Part shown: piece by piece, positions 37,441-48,959 of the stretch | Numbering within the stretch: position 1 is the stretch's first letter | How the letters are laid out: every line of letters starts with the position of its first letter | DNA from: Chiloscyllium plagiosum | Lineage: Eukaryota | Assembly (NCBI RefSeq): GCF_004010195.1 | Contig: NC_057728.1 | Coordinates: 45,038,286-45,102,285 of the forward strand | Length of the DNA: 64,000 nucleotides | Direction: 5' to 3' | The notes under the pieces: generated by a model | The model's input: the letters and a program-made list of their open reading frames with translations, nothing else | Database searches by the model: none | Told to the model about the DNA's origin: nothing | Translations under genes and position numbers: made by a program

Positions 37441-39635
37441 CTGTGATTATAGATTATTATTTTGCTTTGTCCATGTTGATCTATGAAGTTATTAAACTTC
37501 TTCCACCAGTATAAGACAGTCCTCTTAGTTTATGGACTGATCACTCACAGCCACTTCCATTTCTTTCTGATGTCTTTAGCAGTTACGCATGATGCCTATT
37601 TCCTGGAAACCCAACAAGGAGCTTACCAGTTTCATTCTCCAGCTTCTTGGCTCAAGTTACTTAGTCACTTTTCTAAGAACTGCTTAGCCATTTAACTCCA
37701 TGATTTTCTTTAAGTATAGAGGTCTTGCCCTTAGTAGCTGAACATACAAGTTCTGACAGTTTCTCCAATTTATTTGACATTACTTCCACTTGATCGCACT
37801 TACACCCATGAAATGGGCCCCCAGGAATTTCCAGTCAAGCATTTCCAAACCTTTGTTGTAGCCAACATTTATCCTTCAACTGTTATCACACTAAAACAAA
37901 TTAACAAGTAATTTATTATATTTTATCTGCACCTTGCTGTGAACAAATTGGTTGATGCATTTATTTATATCACAACAGTGACTACAATTCAAACCTAGTT
38001 CATTGTTATGAAGTGCTTTAAGCTGTCATGAAATACAATATATTAATACAATTTCCTTCTTTCCCTATTGACTTATCGATTACATTTTCTGAGTATATCT
38101 TTTTTATTCCAAAACTATGACTACACTCTTTTTTTAATTAACCCTTTTATTAAGGCTTCCTGTCTAATTAAACCAGATTTCTGTTTCTACTAGATTCATG
38201 CTCAAGAGATTTATTTTGAAGTTTGCCATACTGTCCATCTCTTATGAGTAATCCGAGGCTACTATTTTTCATACTTTTTCTTTGTACTGCAAGTTTGATT
38301 TCTCATGCTTCAAGACATCTAATATAGTCTGTGCAGACCTTGCTGTTTTTCACTAACAGTGATCTACTGATCAAATTTCCACAATTGTTTTTTGAAGTTA
38401 TATACTTGCAGTTCTACTTTTTTCAGAAATGAAAACATATATTTTATTCTGCAACTTCTTAGAGATTCAATGGCTCTCATCCTTCAGCTTCTCACCAAAA
38501 TGGTTCTCTAACCAACTTCATCTCTGGCATTCCTGTTAATATAGGCATTCTACACTGTTGATTGCAAAAAACACAGATGAATGAAATCAATCTATGAAAT
38601 TAACAATGACAAGAAACCCAAAGGATATCATGGATAATTAGTAAGAAACTGTGTGATGAATGAAATCAGGAAATTTCAAATGTGGTATTGAACTACAAAT
38701 AAGTGCTTGACTAGTGACAAAAATACCTGTGTAATTTTAGTTAAATCAACAGTATCAGAAGTCAACTGATGCATTAGTGTTGTGATCAGTGTAGTAAGTT
38801 GCAATGTAGATGTTTTACATACATACCAAAACATTTCTAAACTCACAGACAACCAATTACTTTACTGAACAAACTAGATTGCCCAGAGTATTACCAGTAT
38901 AAATTATTACACACTGGTAATGCTCCCCCCAAACTGATTCTTTAATTACCTGTCTATAAAATATGTAACATATAGCTATAATATTTATTTAATGTACATG
39001 TTTCAAAACTCTGTAGTTAACATGTAGATTGAGATGAGCAATTTGTTATTTCAACTGCACTGTTAAAACAATACAGCAAATGGCAGCATTGGCAAGTTTC
39101 TTATTATGTGTATGTTAAATATAGCAAATTAGCAAATCACCAGTATTAGCAAAGTCATGAATCATGTATTCACCTATCCTCACCAAAAAAGTAAGAACAA
39201 AATTCAATATCCTCAGGCAAAACTTGTGTATCTGCCATTTCTAACCTATTTTTAATCTATTTTTAAATGAGCTCTGCACTCTCAAATTTAGTTATTTGTG
39301 GGGATTCTCAGGTACAGAACTTTTCTGGGTCAAGAAGAATGATTATCTTTTTTATGGGAGGTACTTTATATAATATTTTTTTTATTTGAATGCAGTATTC
39401 TTAGATCGCAGGCAAAGTTAATTTTAATTGGAAAATACAAATATACAATTAACAGAAATGTTAAGTTGACATTGACAATATAAAGTAGCAGATGTATAAT
39501 CTCCCCAAATCTTCCTTGAACAAAGTGACAATTATTCCCGATTTTTTTCTTGTATAATTCCAGATCTGGTGGTAGACATGCCATTCTCTTAGGTGGAGAA
39601 ATAGTCATTATCTCCTGAGTACCCAGTTTGTATTC

Positions 39636-40450
39636 CATTGAATTGATTTGAATTGAATTGAATTTATTGTCACATGTACCGAGACACAGTCTCAAGGGAA
39701 TAATAGTGTTGAAGGCTGAACTGTAGTCAATGACTAGCTGTTCTTGGTATCAAAATGTTCTAGGGAGGAGTGAAGGACAAGTGATATGGCATCTGACGTG
39801 GATCTGTTGGTCCGATAGGTAAATTGGAGTGGCTCAAGAGTAGTGGGGAGGCTGGGGTTGATTAATGCCAAGACCAGCCTTTCAACGAACTTCATGACCA
39901 CTGAAGTTAGGGTCACTGGACGGTAGTCATTGAGACATGCTGCATGACATCCCTTCTTAGGCACAGGGATGCTGTTGGCCCTCTTGCAGCAGGCAGGGAC
40001 ATGTTCTGCTGCAGGGAGAGATTGAAGATACCCGAGAAGACCTCTGCCAGTTGATCTGCGCATGCTCTGATCGCTTTCCTTGGATTTACACAAAGGAAAA
40101 CTGATCTAACCTCTGATGCAGTGACTGTTGGGATAGATTCATTAGGACTTGTCAGAATAGGTGTTACCTCTCCACCAAAGTTCTGCTCAAAGCGAGCGTA
40201 GAAGATGTTGAGACGATCTGGGAGGGATGTCTCACTGTCTGCTATCTTGCACTTCTCTTTTTAGAGCCTGTGATGTCATTCAGTCCTTGCCATAGTCGCC
40301 GGGTCTGTCTGGGTCTCTTGTTTGGATCGGTATTGGTCCTTGGCTGTCTTAATGGCTCTGCGAATGTTATACTTAGATTCCTTATATTTGAGTGGGTCTC
40401 CTGATCTGAAGGCTTCACGCCTGGTTTTGAGCAAGTTCTGTACTTGCCAT
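39636..40450 (-). mobile_element. Rex1/Babar-type non-LTR retrotransposon fragment
   Basis: PVPKK...CLNDYRPVTLTSVVMKFVERLV...LEPLQFTYRTNRSTSDAISLVLHSSLEH; 3' end ggtacatgtgacaataa plus (attca)n joined after an internal deletion. Confidence 0.8.
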
Positions 40451-40851
40451 TTAGCTTTGGCTAGTAATTCAAAGTTATCAGTAGGCACGTTAGCAGTATC
40501 ATTTAGATGGCACAATATTAGCTAGAATATCAAGCTAATACAGCAGTGACTGCCTTTGCACAATAGCCATAACCTGTTTTATTCACAAAACAAAATCAAA
40601 GAATAAATTAAAAGTAAAATTCAAGTTTCGGCATGTTACCAGTATATGATAAATAATTTGTATTTGATAAGTTCATCAAATCTCAGTAGAAAAAGTTGTC
40701 ATAGCAATTAATTAAACTTCAAGGGGAATACAATTCAAACATATTAAACTCCTCAATTTGAGAGCAGTAAATTAGCATGTTTTAAGTTATAATCTCACAT
40801 ATCATTTGTTAAAATGTTACACAATGTAGCTATAATGCTTGTGCTTATCAC

Positions 40852-42065
40852 ATAAACCTCTATAAGAATACCCTTCAGCCTTTTACGCTGCAGGGCAAAA
40901 AGTCCCAGCGTATTCAGCCTCTCCTAGAACTCAAACTCTCCAGTCCCAGTAACATCCTTGTAAATCCTTTTTCACCTTTTCCAGTTTTAATAACATCCTT
41001 CCTATAGCAGTACTCCAAATGTGGCTTTACCAATGTCTTGTACATACTTGATGCTGTGAACGGTGAAGGCAAGCATGCCAAACACCTTATTTACCATCTT
41101 GTTTACCTGTGATACCACTTTCAAGGAACTATGTACTTGCACCCTCTAGGACTTTGTTCGACAACACTCCCCAGGACCCTACTATCAGTTGTGTAAATCC
41201 TGCCTGGTTTGTCTTACCAAAATGCAACACCTCACATTTATCTAAATTAAACTCTACCTGCCATTCCTCGGACCATTGGACCAGTTGATCAAGATGCCAT
41301 TGTACTCTTAGATAACCTTCTCCACTTTCCACTACACCACCATATTTTGGTGTAATCTGCAAATTTACTAACCATGCCTCCATGTTTTCATCCAAATAAT
41401 TTATATAAATAACAAACAACAGTGGATGTAGCACCAATCTCTGGTCACGGGCCTCTATTCTGAACAACAACCCGTTACACTACACTCTGTCTCCTACCAT
41501 AAAGCCAATTTGTATCTAATTCGCTAGATGTCCCATCATATATATCATATGGAACCTTGTCAAAGGTCTTGCTAAAACCCATGTAAAATGATGTCTACCA
41601 TTCAGTCTTCATGTATTTTCTTGATCATCTCTTTAAAAAACTCAATCAAATTTATAAGACACGATTTCCCACACACAAAGCTATTTTAAACCTTACAGAT
41701 GTTTATAAAATCACGAGGGGCATAGGTAAGGTGAATAATCAAGGTTTTACCCCCAGGGTAGGGTGAATAGCTAAGGTTTGTCCCCCAAGCTATAGGGCAG
41801 AGTTTTAAGGTAAGAAGGAAAAGATTTAGAAAGGACCTGAGAGGTAATTTTTTCACAAAGAGGACGGTGTGTATATAGGCGAGAAAGTGGTAGAGGCGGG
41901 TACTATTACAACATTTAAAAGACATTTGGACAAGTACTTGGATAGGAAAGGTTTAGAGGAATATTGGCCAAGAACAACAAATGGGAGTAGTACAGGTTAG
42001 GAAACCTGGTTGACATGGATGAGTTGGGCCGAAGGTTGTGTTTCTATACTGTATGACTCTATGAC
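40852..42065. mobile_element. CR1 LINE with inverted 5' part (40852-41685 on -, 41691-42065 on +)
   Basis: RT motifs PLLFVIYINYLD and WSEEWQVEFNLDKCEVLHFG on -; 3' end with tatgactc tail on +. Confidence 0.82.
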
Positions 42066-42069
42066 CCTT

Positions 42070-42628
42070 GTTAGGTTCACCGTCCCCACCAATCCATCCT
42101 CCAAACCTGGCACTATTCCCTGATACCTCACAAGGTGCAAAGTCTGTTCCCCCTCAACTACGTTCAAGACCCTAAAGGATCATTTCAAATCCAGCAGAGA
42201 TTTTCTTGCGCATCCACTCCTTCATTTACTGAATCTTTGCTCTCGATGTGATCTCCTGTGCATCAGGAAGACTGAATGCCAACTTGGAGCAGTTCAGGGA
42301 ATATCTGTGGTCCACACGCACCAAACAACCCCAATTCCCTGTCGTCAACCACTTCAACTCCCCCTCATCTTCCGCCTCAGGACCATACAATCACACGGCA
42401 TCAACATTGACTTCACCAGTTTCCAAACCACCCCACTCCCCCACCTTATCCCAGATCCAACCCTCCACCTCAAAACAACCCTTTTGACCTGTCTACCATT
42501 CCTGATGAAGGTCATTCACCTGAAGCGTTGACTCTCCTGCTCCTCGAATGCTGCCTGACCCGCTGTGCTATTTCCAGCTTCACAGTTTTCGCCTCTGATT
42601 CTCCAGCATCTGCAGTCCCCACTTTCTC
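42070..42628 (+). mobile_element. 5'-truncated Penelope-like element: decayed GIY-YIG endonuclease plus family A terminus
   Basis: Frameshifted translation Q.PKGSFQIQQRFSCAS..IY.IFCSRCDLLCIRKT..L..FREYL...PVVNHFNSPS resembles the PLE GIY-YIG domain; followed by cctgatgaagg...gaagcgttg and the family A tail. Confidence 0.75.
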
Positions 42629-44069
42629 GTCTCTGACTCTATATGGCCATTAGAAAGTGGGATGCTACCAGCACAAACTAATTAAATGAAACAAAAGGAT
42701 GAAAAATTGTGGGTATTATGGATGTCATTTCATATGTGAACAACCTCAGGAATATTACTTTGCAAAATAGCATCATTTAAATCAAGTTTGATAATCTTGC
42801 ATTCATAAAACAACATTCAGAAGCACAGGATGGTACATAGTATTTAACTGCTAATGAAGTACTTTTGAAATGTAGTGCTTCTTATAATGTAGAGCATGAG
42901 GTAACTGTTGTATGTGTTGCAATAACAAGCACCACCAACTTGTGAGTTTGCTATCACCAACATTTTTCCTTGACTATTTACCATTACAGGGAAGTAATAC
43001 TGAATTCGAAGAAGCGCTTGTCTGAAATGAGTTGTTGTTTATTGCATGATAAAAATCAGATTCAAGTTAGAAGAGTAAGTTTGTTATTATTAATTCATGG
43101 GTTGTGAGCATCACATGCTTGTCCTGCATTTATTGCCTATTCCGAGTTAAGAGTCAACCACAAGACTCTGAGGAGACTTAGAATAATTGGTCTGTCCTCT
43201 TCAATATCATAAGATGTTCTGCCTTTTCCCACCCAAACCCCGATGACACCATTAGATTGGGTGGAGCTTCATGCAGTCTTTCAGAACCGTTATCTTATAC
43301 ATCACAATCCCGCCCTCCAACAGTTGTTTTCCCATGGTTAACATTGATATATTCATGTATGTAATTATATTTATCACATGTCTCTCTCTCTCTCTCTCTC
43401 CCCCCAAGTTACTGACTTTAGAAACTTGGGGAATATGGATGCTTCGAATATGTATTCTGGAAGATTGATATGTATTTAGCTTGAGGATTGTTGACCTGGC
43501 TATTTAACCATGCACAGTCTGCAAAGTCTCTACATATGGAGGACTTTTTATCTTTGAGTTGTCATTCGGTGGGACCTTGGTTTGAACTAAATCAGGCGGT
43601 TAGTCAATTGCCTTATCTGGAGGATCATTAATCTATTGAATTTCTTTTGCAGCAAAACTCTGCCCAAAAAAAGCATCCAACTGACCCTTAGTTTCATACA
43701 ATTTCTTCACAAAAAATGGCTTCGCTGTTGAAGCAAGCATTTTATTTTTTAGTCTCCGAGATTTCTGCACAAGACAATTTCTTCTTGACTGTGGCCTGAA
43801 TGTGCAGAGAATCATTGGTAACACTTCAGTGCTGGTTGTCATGGAGTCGTATGCAGCCCATTTTCCATCTGTGTAAGAACATCATTATTCTCAATCTGTG
43901 ATAAGTCTGTATTAAAAATATATTAACTCTTTACTTCAACTTGTATGTAAGTTCGAACACCTCTATGACTTCATTGTCATAGCTAACCTTTACAATTTTA
44001 TTAACCCAATTAATAAGAAGATCACATTCACATATAATTGTTGCTCTATTCTTTTTACAGGCTCTTATT

Positions 44070-44245
44070 ATTAGATGTAGGTTTGCTCGCTGAGCTGAAA
44101 GGTTCATTTTCAGACGTTTCATCATCATACTATGTAACATCTTCACTGAGCCTCTGGATAAAGCACTGGTGGTGTAGACCACTTTGTATTATGTGTTTGG
44201 GCTTCCTTGAGTTGGTGATGTCATTTCCTGTGGTGATATAATTTC
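44070..44245 (-). mobile_element. PLE terminus, third family, decayed hammerhead
   Basis: Minus strand cagTGAAGAtgttacatagtatgatgatGAAACGTCtg at 44150-44109. Confidence 0.5.
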
Positions 44246-44374
44246 TCTCCCATACTTTTATTTTCTGGCAGTAGTCAACCCCATCATTAACCAAAATCCC
44301 AATTTCTCCTTTACCTAATTTTATAATTTTACACCACTATTTAGTTTACTGTCCTAACTACAGCCCTAGTTATG

Positions 44375-45260
44375 ATTTGCCATGATGCTGATCCAGCATG
44401 ATTCAGATGACGCACAACCCATTGGAGCAGCTTCCTACTTCCTCAATACTGGTGCCAATTTCCCATGTATTTGAGCCTGTTTCTCCCACACCAATCTTTG
44501 AACCACTCTTTTATCTCTAATCTTATTGACCCTGTGTCAATTAGCCTGTGACTCAGGAATTAATACAGAGATTATTACCTGTTTGGTTCTGTTTTTCAAT
44601 TTAGTTGCTCATATTTCTTCAGTGTAACCTCTTTCCTTATTCTACCTATATCATTGGTACCTATGTGGACCACAGCAACTGAATCTTTTCCCTTCCACTT
44701 CAAGTTCATCTGCAGCCCAGATGAGATATCCTGAAGCTGAGCACCAGGCAGAACACAGCCTTTGGGGCTCTTGATCCTGACTGCAGAGATCAATGTCTAT
44801 TCATCTGACAATACTATTCACAATTGCAACAATATTTTCTTTTTACTCCCCACTCTTGAATTCCCCCTCTACCCCGGTGCTATGGTCAGTTTGTTCATCC
44901 TCCCTGCAGCGTCTGCTCTCATCCACACAGGGAGCATGAATGTCAAACCTGTTGAAAAACCTCAAGGCCTGAGGCTCCTTTACCACTACTTCCTGAATCC
45001 CGTTACCTGCCTTGTTTGTAGTCACAACCTCCTTAAGCACTAACTCCTGAATCCCGGTACCTGCCTTGCTTGTAGCCACAGCCTCCTGTCTCTGACTCCA
45101 ATGAATTTGAGGTAGATAATCTAAGGGGTGTAACTGCCTCCTGAAACACAGCCTTCAGGTAACTCTGTGCCTCTCTGATGTATTGCAGTGTTTGAAGATA
45201 GGACTCCAGCTTATCAACTCTGCATTAGAGTTCCTCAAAACAACCAATACTTGTTCTAGA
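44375..45260 (-). mobile_element. CR1 ORF1 remnant (esterase/SGNH-like)
   Basis: LPGAQLQDISSGLQMNLKWKGKDSVAVVHIGTNDIGR and NRFDI motifs typical of CR1 ORF1. Confidence 0.72.
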
Positions 45261-45629
45261 TGCATCTCCATTTTGCTTTCTTAGTTCTTAATTTATATTT
45301 AAAGAAATTTCCTTCAGGATCTTTAAAGTTTAATCTGTAAAATATTTCTCCAGTTTACCTTTGATCTGAAAGCAATTTTTAATAGATTATCAAATTAGCA
45401 GCTATTACCAACCAATGAACTTACAGTTTTCCGATGACATTACTCTTGGCTATGTGCTGGCTCCCTGATCCTGGGCATCAATTTATCCTGCTGAAAAGAC
45501 CTTGCAAACTATGAGCCAAGAAAAGAGCACTTCTGCACTGAATTCCCACACTGCTCCAAAATCCTAGAAATATAGCCACACTCATGCTGTGCCTTCCTCC
45601 AGATATAATCTTTCTTTCCTGATCATGCA

Positions 45630-46130
45630 AAGCTTACAGTAACTGTGTCCTACTTTTGCACATCTTGTGGAAGTGACTGACTGTTTCACAAATATAGTAT
45701 TCTTCTTTAATGTCTGGGCACAGTTCGGACTGTGGGACCTACTTGGTTGACAGGGCCAACAGTGACATTTAGAATCTACTATCCAGCCTATTGTTTGGTG
45801 TGGGCTTGACTTGTCCATTTTCTCAGTTTTTTCAAACTTGTAAAATGAATGAATTCTGTTGCTCTTCTGTGCTTGAGTTACCCGACTTATTCTCAAAGTT
45901 TCTCTTTGATTCGTCATGCTTTCTGCTTCCCTGCAACCTGAATAGCTTTCTCCAAAGTCAAATTTCCTTTGGGCCAGAATAAATTTGCCAAAGATTCATC
46001 AGTAATTGTGAGAATAACCTTTGGAATTCTGACTTCAAAGCTCTGTAATCATAGTTTTCCACATATCAAGAATGACCTTACCAATGGATGCTGAACTCTT
46101 CTGTTAAATTAAGCCCTTTGAAGAATTGTA
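45630..46130 (-). mobile_element. Gypsy-type gag remnant
   Basis: Frameshifted NYDYRALKSEF...DESLANLFWPKGNLTLEKAIQVA, followed by a decayed zinc knuckle YICETVSHFHKMCKS. Confidence 0.5.
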
Positions 46131-48184
46131 CTGTTCTCAGATTAAAATAATTGTCAAAAGCTTGTAAAATTTCAAAATATGCATGAATACCTTCCTTTAT
46201 ACCTTAATGCACAATAACATCATCAGTTGCAGATCCTATTTTGTATTTATTTGTTAAACATGTGATTTAATGTTTGATTTGAAAACATTTCAATATCTTA
46301 ACTATTTTCACCATGACATCCTGTGATTTATTTGGCCCGTCTCTGAAATTAATCTATTGGGAAGCATTATTTTTCTTGCCACTTCTTCCCAGTGCAGTTA
46401 TTTTCCCTCTTACACTTGCTACAACCAGCCACAGGACAAGTTCTCCAATTCATTATGATTACAATTAGAATATCCCAGACTGTTAAGTTCTTAGAACAAG
46501 AGGAATGAACTAGCTTCCCTTCTTTATTCACTCACTGCCTCTGTGGATGACAACAGAGCAAATTTAAAAAGCCTTTCAAACATATATTTTAAAAAGGACT
46601 TGATTTAGTCAGGCGTTCTTGAATGAACAAGAAGAAATACCTATGCAATACACTTACACACTGATCAAAGAAAAGAGGTGAGTTCAAAGGATAAAAGCAA
46701 AGTAAAATGAAATGATCAGAATCTGGGTTGTTCCTGAAAATCAGATAGACAAAGGGACAGCCATTACTGGTTGTATCATTGGCAGCTGAACAGCCAGTTT
46801 TCGAGTTTCTTGGTTTTAAAAGTTGATTGATGTCCCTTTGGCTGATTTTGACTGGTTGATAGTGTATGAAATAAGAGGCAATCATGCTTTTTTTAGCTGT
46901 AGGGCAGGGATTCTCCTTGCTGTTCTCAAACTGTGACTTTCATAGCACACAGGATACACTCGAGTCCACATCAATCTAATAATAACACAGACCAGGATTG
47001 AAGCTGTCTTTTAAATCCATTTCTTCTATATCTGGAAGGGGAAAAGCACAAAGTGAATGTCAGTGTTGACTTCTGCGAGACAGGGAAGGGACAATCGTCA
47101 GTCCCCTCATTATTTTAAGTTTCTTTCTATCTTTTGGAAGCTTCTTTGAGACACCTTTTGCGTTTACATTCTATTGATCCCATACAGAAGGTTTTTTTTT
47201 GCCAGCCAGCCAGTCATTGAATTTACAAATTTTTTGGTCTGTTTTGCAGTTCTCTTCTAAAGATATATTTTGGAATCAAGGGCTGAAAACATTGATAATA
47301 TTTAAGGGTTTTGATGCACCACAGATACATGTTTTTTGATATCGTTGCTGAAAGCTGCTTTATTTTTGTTTCCAAGTAGATTCTTATTTCTTGAAGGTAA
47401 CAACATTGTTTTATCTTCTTACCTTAAAGATTTTTAAACTCGAGTAGAGATATCCTGTATCTCTGCCCTCCTTGCTGGAGTAGACCCATGTTTTGCAGTT
47501 AAAATGGAAGATTATTGTCTTCTGTTGCCAAATAGAAATTTCCCAGATCTTCATGGGTAAAATGGATGACGTCTTTCTTTCCTTTCTGAGCAGAATAAAC
47601 AATGTCTATCTTTTCCCATGATTTTTTCCAACTAAGCCTTTTGTCTTCAACCTCAATAAGTTCTTCCCCCGAACCACAGTTTAAATTATGAATCTCCTGC
47701 ACTTATCACAGCCTCCATTGGTGTCTCCTGTCTTCTTCCGTGAGATAATGAGTATTTAGGCTTTTTAATTTCCCTCTTGTTGACTGGGGTCTAACCTTGG
47801 TATGTTACAATGCTACAACCTCAATTTAAATTACTCAATTTTCATGAGTTTTAAACAAGATGTAGTTTATTAGATGCTAGCAATCACACACAAGTGATAT
47901 TATTAATTGAGGCATTGTCTCAAAGACTATGAGAAGGCTGAGGATAATGGATCTATTCTGTTCAAAATCCTAAAATGCTCTGCCTGTCGCACATAAGCCT
48001 TTGTGAAATAATCAGATTGGTGGAATTTGCCTATTTTTATGTATGTATGTTTTCTAGTCAGCCTGTTCAGAGATGTTAGTGCACAGCTCTGGGGCGAGTG
48101 GAACACCAGCCTCCCTTCCAGCGATAGGGGCACCACTACTGCACCACAAGTTTGCACAAACATTTATTGCAGTCTCGATGATTA

Positions 48185-48400
48185 AACTTTCAGAGCCATT
48201 ACCTTGTACAAAAACAGCCAATTTCCACACCACAAGCTCCCACAAATAACAATGTGGCAATGACTACTTTCTGTGGTGTTAATTTATTGACAAGGACACC
48301 AGGGATAACTGCCCTGCTGTTCTTTGAATTGTGCCATGGGATTTTTCCCATCCATCTGAGAGGGAAGAGGGGTCCTCAATTATCCATCTCATGTAAAAAT
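48185..48400 (-). mobile_element. Deu-domain SINE (SacSINE1/AmnSINE-like)
   Basis: Minus strand atgaga...gagg...aaaatcccatggcac...gaacagcaggg...ccctggtgtcct...gtgggagcttg...aaattggctg. Confidence 0.62.
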
Positions 48401-48726
48401 ACATAGAAAAGAGAAAGGAAACTAGATTAGAGTCGATAGCCCATTTGAAGATTTTGACCCGTTGGTCTCACTTTAATGTGCAATTTTTAAGATCCAATGA
48501 AGTCAGTGATGATAATTTCGAAGGGACTATTCCTTCCAATATCATAGGTGCTGTATAACCTTATTTCAATATAGTCAGTGATATTGCTGACAATTATGTT
48601 TATTAAAAAGGGCAAATAAAACAACGTATAGTGTTTCAATTAACCAAATTGTGAAATATGGTGCTGACTGGATTATAGAAGCAATATCTTCTATAAATCA
48701 ATATTATAGCACTCAACATTATAGGG

Positions 48727-48959
48727 TGCAACATTACTCCACAGAGGTGGTATCCTACCACCAAGTCACCCTTTATTTACACATGGAGAGTCCTTGACAC
48801 TGATCCAGTTCCCTCAGAACCAGCTCTCAGAGTGAACAGAACCTCTGACACTCCTGTTTGTACCTGTCAGCCAGGGCTCCCTGATGGAACAAATTAACAA
48901 TTGGGGAACTCATAGCCTATGAGGTCCACCTGGTGGATCACTGGTTTACAATCACTACA
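48727..48959 (-). mobile_element. Probable solo LTR
   Basis: About 230 bp, TG...CA ends, AATAAA about 50 nt before the minus-strand 3' end; TSD unclear. Confidence 0.5.
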
